DNA from: an uncultured Candidatus Micrarchaeota archaeon | GTDB taxonomy: Archaea; Micrarchaeota; Micrarchaeia; Micrarchaeales; Micrarchaeaceae | DNA: 64,000 nucleotides | NCBI GenBank assembly: GCA_963741095.1 | Contig: CAVUGN010000009.1 | Span: forward strand, 1 to 64,000 | Reading direction: 5' to 3' | The notes under the pieces: model-generated | Told to the model about the DNA's origin: nothing | Seen by the model: only the letters and a program-made list of their open reading frames with translations | Databases searched by the model: none | Program-made: the position numbers and the translations under genes | Part shown: positions 59,963-64,000 of the stretch, one piece after another | How the letters are laid out: the number at the start of each line of letters is the position of its first letter | Position numbering within the stretch: position 1 is the first letter of the stretch

Positions 59963-60286
59963 ATGGACCGCAGCGGAAGGACTCACGATAGAAGAAGGGG
60001 CGCAGTGGTGGAGAGCAGGCTCAAGATGCCCATAGACAACGAGGTTGTCGGCAGGGTCATGAGGATAGCTGGCGCCACTAATTTCTTCATCAAGTGCAAC
60101 GACGGCAAGGAGCGTCTCTGCACAATACCTGGCAGGCTGAGAAGGATGTTCTGGATCAAGACGAACGACATCGTGATCGTCAAGCCATGGATAGTCCAGA
60201 GCGACCAGCGCGGCGATATAGTCTGGAGGTATAGCCTTCTTGACATAAGCAGGCTCAAGGAGAAGGGCATGATGCAGAACATATGA
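59963..60286 (+). CDS. eif1a: Translation initiation factor aIF-1A
   Basis: C.DGKER.C.IPG..R...WI, D.VIV.PW and GDIVWRY motifs. Confidence 0.93.
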   Translation: MDRSGRTHDRRRGAVVESRLKMPIDNEVVGRVMRIAGATNFFIKCNDGKERLCTIPGRLRRMFWIKTNDIVIVKPWIVQSDQRGDIVWRYSLLDISRLKEKGMMQNI

Positions 60287-60383
60287 CCGCTTTTCGCTTC
60301 GGAGGCCCAATCACGGCAGCAAGACACTAATTCTAAGGAAAGGATTTTAAGCTTAAGATGCGATACCCTCTTACTCTGGGGGT

Positions 60384-61613
60384 TTGATGCAGTCTCTTAA
60401 CGACCTACTTGTCGAATCAAAAATCTTTGCCGACAGGGAGGTGCTTTCTCCGCACTACATGCCGAAGAAGCTGCTTTTCCGGGAGAAGGAGATAAACAAC
60501 ATAGAGAAGGCCCTGGCGCCATCTCTCAAGGGCGAACGAGGGAGAAACCTGTTCATCTACGGCAAGACCGGCACCGGCAAGACCTCGTGCACAAAGTATG
60601 TCATCGACGAAGTGAAGAACATACCTAACACGAAGGCAAGGATTTCATACGTCAATTGCAGGATATACAACACGCGCTACAGGGTTCTCAACAAGATAGT
60701 CAGCGACCACCTGCCCACATATGCAAAGCGCGGGTACGGCGCAGTCGATCTGTACGAAAAGCTGACCAGCTGGATAGAAGAAGATAGCAAGATACTGGTC
60801 ATCGCGCTTGACGAGGTCGACGTGGTGAAGGATCTCGACGACCTTGTTTACACCCTCACAAGAATAAACAGCGACATAAAGGCAGGGGGAGTCACGATAA
60901 TGGGCGTATCCAACAAGATCTCATTCAAGGAGATACTAGATCCAAGGAGCCTTTCGACCCTGTACGAGACGGAGCTCGTCTTCCCGCCCTATTACGCAAC
61001 AGAACTTTATGCGATAATAAAGGACAGGGTGCAGCACGGCTTCAAGGCCGACATCGTCAGCGAGGACGTTTTGCATCTCATCGCAGCGACCTCCGCCAAG
61101 GAGGGCGGCGATGCAAGGCTGTCGCTGAAGATACTCTCAAGGGCGGGCGAGCTTGCAGAGGAGCGCGCAAGCAAGGAGGTGACGATCAAGGATGCGGAAG
61201 AGGCCGTCAAGATAGCGGAGAACGAGATAGTCTACGACCTGATAGTCACTCTGCCGGAGCACCACAAGCTTGTCCTGTACTCGATAGCGCTGCTGACGCA
61301 GAGCGGCGGCTCCTACAAGAAACTGACCGACGGTGTTGACACCTATCTTTTCAGCGGGGAGGTCTACAACAGGTACAAGAGCATAACCGAGAGCCTGCAC
61401 AAGGAGGCGAAGAGCGAGAGGTGGTACAGGAAATACCTTTCAGAGCTTGAGATGCAGGGCCTGATCCTGGCGTTCGAGTCCGGAAAGGGCATAAGGGGCC
61501 ACACCAAGCTGATAAAGCTGATGTACCCGCCGCAGAAGACAAAGGAGGTCCTGGAGAAGGACATCTTCGGCTCCGATGCCGCCAAGGAGGTCAAGGAAGA
61601 GGTCAAGCAGTAA
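60384..61613 (+). CDS. cdc6: Orc1/Cdc6 replication initiator
   Basis: RE.L.P.Y.P, GKTGTGKT, YVNC, LDEVD, FPPY and GDAR motifs; C-terminal wHTH. Confidence 0.94.
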   Translation: MMQSLNDLLVESKIFADREVLSPHYMPKKLLFREKEINNIEKALAPSLKGERGRNLFIYGKTGTGKTSCTKYVIDEVKNIPNTKARISYVNCRIYNTRYRVLNKIVSDHLPTYAKRGYGAVDLYEKLTSWIEEDSKILVIALDEVDVVKDLDDLVYTLTRINSDIKAGGVTIMGVSNKISFKEILDPRSLSTLYETELVFPPYYATELYAIIKDRVQHGFKADIVSEDVLHLIAATSAKEGGDARLSLKILSRAGELAEERASKEVTIKDAEEAVKIAENEIVYDLIVTLPEHHKLVLYSIALLTQSGGSYKKLTDGVDTYLFSGEVYNRYKSITESLHKEAKSERWYRKYLSELEMQGLILAFESGKGIRGHTKLIKLMYPPQKTKEVLEKDIFGSDAAKEVKEEVKQ

Positions 61614-61623
61614 CGGTGTTCTG

Positions 61624-62145
61624 GTGGACTATTACGACATCGTCATGGATTCCTGCAGCACCGACGAGAAGCTGGCGCAGAGGCTCGGTTTCAAGAAAAT
61701 ATTCTCAACAGGAAAAGACGTAAGGCTCGCGAACCTCAACGACCCAAAGATAAAAGGGGCTTCTGGAGGCATCATAATGGGCGAGGACAAGAACAAGCTC
61801 TTCACCTGCGCAAGGGGGGACGTCAAGGCGGTCATAGTCACCGATTTCAGGATAGACAAGAAGCTGATGGCACACATGGCGGAGAATGACATCGCATTGT
61901 GCATACCACTCAGCACGATAACCTTCAGCTACGGGCTGTCGCGGTCAAGGGCGATATTCATGCTCAACACGCTCTTCACCTACGCAAGAAAGAGCGGCAT
62001 AGATGTCAGCTTCATCACGCTGGCGAGCACGGACATGTACCTTGCATCTGTGATGCAGCTGATCGAGTTGGCGATGCTTGTCGGCGCGGACGAGAAGTAC
62101 GCGAGGCACAGCATCAGCGAAATTAACAGGGCGTTGATCGAATGA
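61624..62145 (+). CDS. RNase P protein Rpp30-like (degenerate)
   Basis: Upstream of a Pop5 gene; IDKKL...MAENDIAL.I and LAS....L patterns resemble Rpp30. Confidence 0.6.
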   Translation: MDYYDIVMDSCSTDEKLAQRLGFKKIFSTGKDVRLANLNDPKIKGASGGIIMGEDKNKLFTCARGDVKAVIVTDFRIDKKLMAHMAENDIALCIPLSTITFSYGLSRSRAIFMLNTLFTYARKSGIDVSFITLASTDMYLASVMQLIELAMLVGADEKYARHSISEINRALIE

Positions 62146-62462
62146 TGCGAAGGAAGATCAGGTACATCCTGACCGAATCGGCCAAGCCGGTCTTGGAAAG
62201 CGACAGGTCGCAGTTCGAGCAGCAGCTCTACAGGGCCATGCTGCATTCCATAGGCGAGATCAGCTACCACAGGACCAACCCGAAGATCATGAAGTTCATC
62301 GACAGCAAGACCTTCATACTGCGCTGCAGCCTTGACGGCTACAGCAACGCGCTGCTCGCCCTTTCCATCATAAAGAGGCTTGACGACAAGGAAGCTGCAT
62401 TCTACACCCTCAAGTCCTCGGGAACAATAAAGGCGCTGCTGAAGGAGCCAAAAGCCAAATGA
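62142..62462 (+). CDS. RNase P protein Pop5/Rpp14
   Basis: RRK.RYI, ILRC and TL.SSGTIK motifs. Confidence 0.85.
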   Translation: MMRRKIRYILTESAKPVLESDRSQFEQQLYRAMLHSIGEISYHRTNPKIMKFIDSKTFILRCSLDGYSNALLALSIIKRLDDKEAAFYTLKSSGTIKALLKEPKAK

Positions 62463-62545
62463 CAACTCCATCCTTTCTTCCGCAATTTGCAAAGCCCGTC
62501 GGCAGCTATAAATATTATACGAATTCAAGCCATACCTAAGATCAA

Positions 62546-63064
62546 ATGACCACAGAAGTTCCCATAACAAATTCGTACACCGGCACGCCCTTCACGATAG
62601 AGGATGCTGGGCGCCAGACGAAATACCAAGCCAACAGCTATTCCGGCGCGGGGCTTGATTTTGCGCAGTCAAAGGGCGAAGCAAACAAACTGAGTACGTT
62701 AAACAGCACGCTGGAAAGGATTTTCAAGCTGGAAAGGGGATACTTCGGAAAAGAGGATAGATACGAGCTGCTGCCGGCCAAAGAGGTGAAGCTGGAGATA
62801 GCATCGAAGGGCAAACTGTACCAGTCGCTTAGAAATGTGATGAATCCAGGTGACAAAGGGTACCTATTGGACGAAGTAGCAGAAAAGGCCTCTTTGGCAA
62901 CGTGCGTGTATCGTACGTCATCGCCGGATGAACCTCTTATCCTTGTCACCGGCAAGCCTGACGTTGCCGTCAAAACAGTTATCATGAGATGCACAGAACC
63001 CGGCAACAAGGCTGTTTCCCCGCAAGCCGAAACAGAGAACCTGCTCCGGCCAAAAGAAGACTAA
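62546..63064 (+). CDS. Hypothetical protein
   Basis: 172-aa ORF with a TATAAA box upstream; no motif recognised. Confidence 0.55.
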   Translation: MTTEVPITNSYTGTPFTIEDAGRQTKYQANSYSGAGLDFAQSKGEANKLSTLNSTLERIFKLERGYFGKEDRYELLPAKEVKLEIASKGKLYQSLRNVMNPGDKGYLLDEVAEKASLATCVYRTSSPDEPLILVTGKPDVAVKTVIMRCTEPGNKAVSPQAETENLLRPKED

Positions 63065-63233
63065 ACTACTCCTACTTCTACGATTGACGAAGGCCGTCGG
63101 GAGGCATAAATATCAGGAAACCGCAAATTCATGTGATATCATACCAACAATCAGGGCAGCGACTGCACTAACGCGAGTAGCCGCAAGCGGGAAGGCAACG
63201 GCATGCTAGCACAGACCTTCTCATGGAGATAAG

Positions 63234-63785
63234 ATGGAAAGCAATGCAAACAAGGACGGAAAGATGACTCCAGACAGAGTGGACGCGATAAAGATCTTCC
63301 TCAGGGGGGTTGAAGCAAATGGTGGCATCCCCGATAAAGCCGCGGTATCGCAAGAAAAAGCAAAAAAGCCTGTTCTGAGCAAGGACGAGGCAAAAAAACT
63401 CGGCTTGGAGTTGATCACAGAGTCGAAAAAGCTGGATGCAAACCTCAACACAATTAAGGAGCTGTTATCCGAAGGGGCGGACATAAACGCCCAAAACGAT
63501 ACCGGCATGACGGCGCTGATGTGGGCGTCTTCATGGGGCAATGGAGAGGTTATTGAGATATTGTTACGCGGCGGAACCGATGTGAACTTGAGAAAGTGGG
63601 ATGGAAGCACGGCTCTGATGTACGCTTCGGCGGACGACCACGAGGAGGCAGTCAAAACGCTACTAAACCACGGGGCGAGCGTGGACTGCAGGAGCGCGAA
63701 TGGCAAAGATGCCATAAGTTACGCCAAAACAGAAAGCACAAGGAAGCTACTTGTGGATGCGCTGCACAAAGAATCGGCATGGTAA
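63234..63785 (+). CDS. Ankyrin-repeat protein
   Basis: GADIN, GMTALMWA...G, GSTALMYA and G.DAISYA repeats. Confidence 0.9.
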   Translation: MESNANKDGKMTPDRVDAIKIFLRGVEANGGIPDKAAVSQEKAKKPVLSKDEAKKLGLELITESKKLDANLNTIKELLSEGADINAQNDTGMTALMWASSWGNGEVIEILLRGGTDVNLRKWDGSTALMYASADDHEEAVKTLLNHGASVDCRSANGKDAISYAKTESTRKLLVDALHKESAW

Positions 63786-63786
63786 G

Positions 63787-64000
63787 ATGGAAACCAACGC
63801 GAACCAGGACGGAAAGATGACCACGCAAAGAGCGGAAACGATAAAAGCATTCATCAGAAGCGTGGAGGGGGCATTTGAAAATGCAATCAACAAAGAAATT
63901 GCGGGATCGGGGATCAGTGCAAGGATGTTCGTCGATAAGAAGGAGGCAAAAAGGCTTGGAAAAGAGCTGGTCGAAGAGGTAAAAAAGGATGTTGCGGGCA
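63787..64000 (+). CDS. Paralog of the upstream ankyrin protein (partial, runs off window)
   Basis: METNANQDGKMTTQRAETIKAFIRSVEG...KKEAKRLGKELV aligns with MESNANKDGKMTPDRVDAIKIFLRGVEA...KDEAKKLGLELI. Confidence 0.75.
   Translation, partial: METNANQDGKMTTQRAETIKAFIRSVEGAFENAINKEIAGSGISARMFVDKKEAKRLGKELVEEVKKDVAG

Noticed and set aside
60287-60383. Possible replication origin upstream of cdc6
   Set aside because: The gap is under 100 nt and has no repeated ORB elements.

Overview
Archaeal chromosomal DNA, standard code 11. It most likely comes from a DPANN archaeon, probably Micrarchaeota. That assignment is inferred from D-loop tRNA introns, a very divergent unlinked 23S rRNA, many LamG surface proteins and the archaeal core genes. 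Metabolic genes: a mevalonate cluster (3' end of class II HMG-CoA reductase, IPK, MVD-family decarboxylase), carbamate kinase, a bacterial-style sufBDCSU operon, P5C dehydrogenase, argB and glyA/folA/thyA. Information and chaperone genes: proS, an HTH-grpE-dnaK-dnaJ operon, aCPSF1, psmB, TFB, a histone, Hel308, aIF2-beta, aIF1A, cdc6, Rpp30 and Pop5. Envelope and accessory genes: a type IV (Tad-like) pilus locus facing four class III signal-peptide proteins that carry seven LamG domains, an RCK/channel-like trio, a six-repeat HTH protein and tandem ankyrin paralogs. RNA genes found by eye: 23S rRNA, four tRNAs (three with BHB-type D-loop introns), a compact RNase P RNA and SRP RNA. The most notable observations are: (1) a 23S rRNA with many co-varying substitutions in the peptidyl-transferase centre and a shortened P-loop; (2) variable LamG cores bounded by conserved DNA boxes in pilin-like adhesins; (3) the tandem-HTH array protein; (4) two unexplained structured-RNA candidates at about 54.9 and 55.4 kb; (5) channel-like proteins lacking the K+ selectivity filter. 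All calls come from manual motif recognition; no searches were run.
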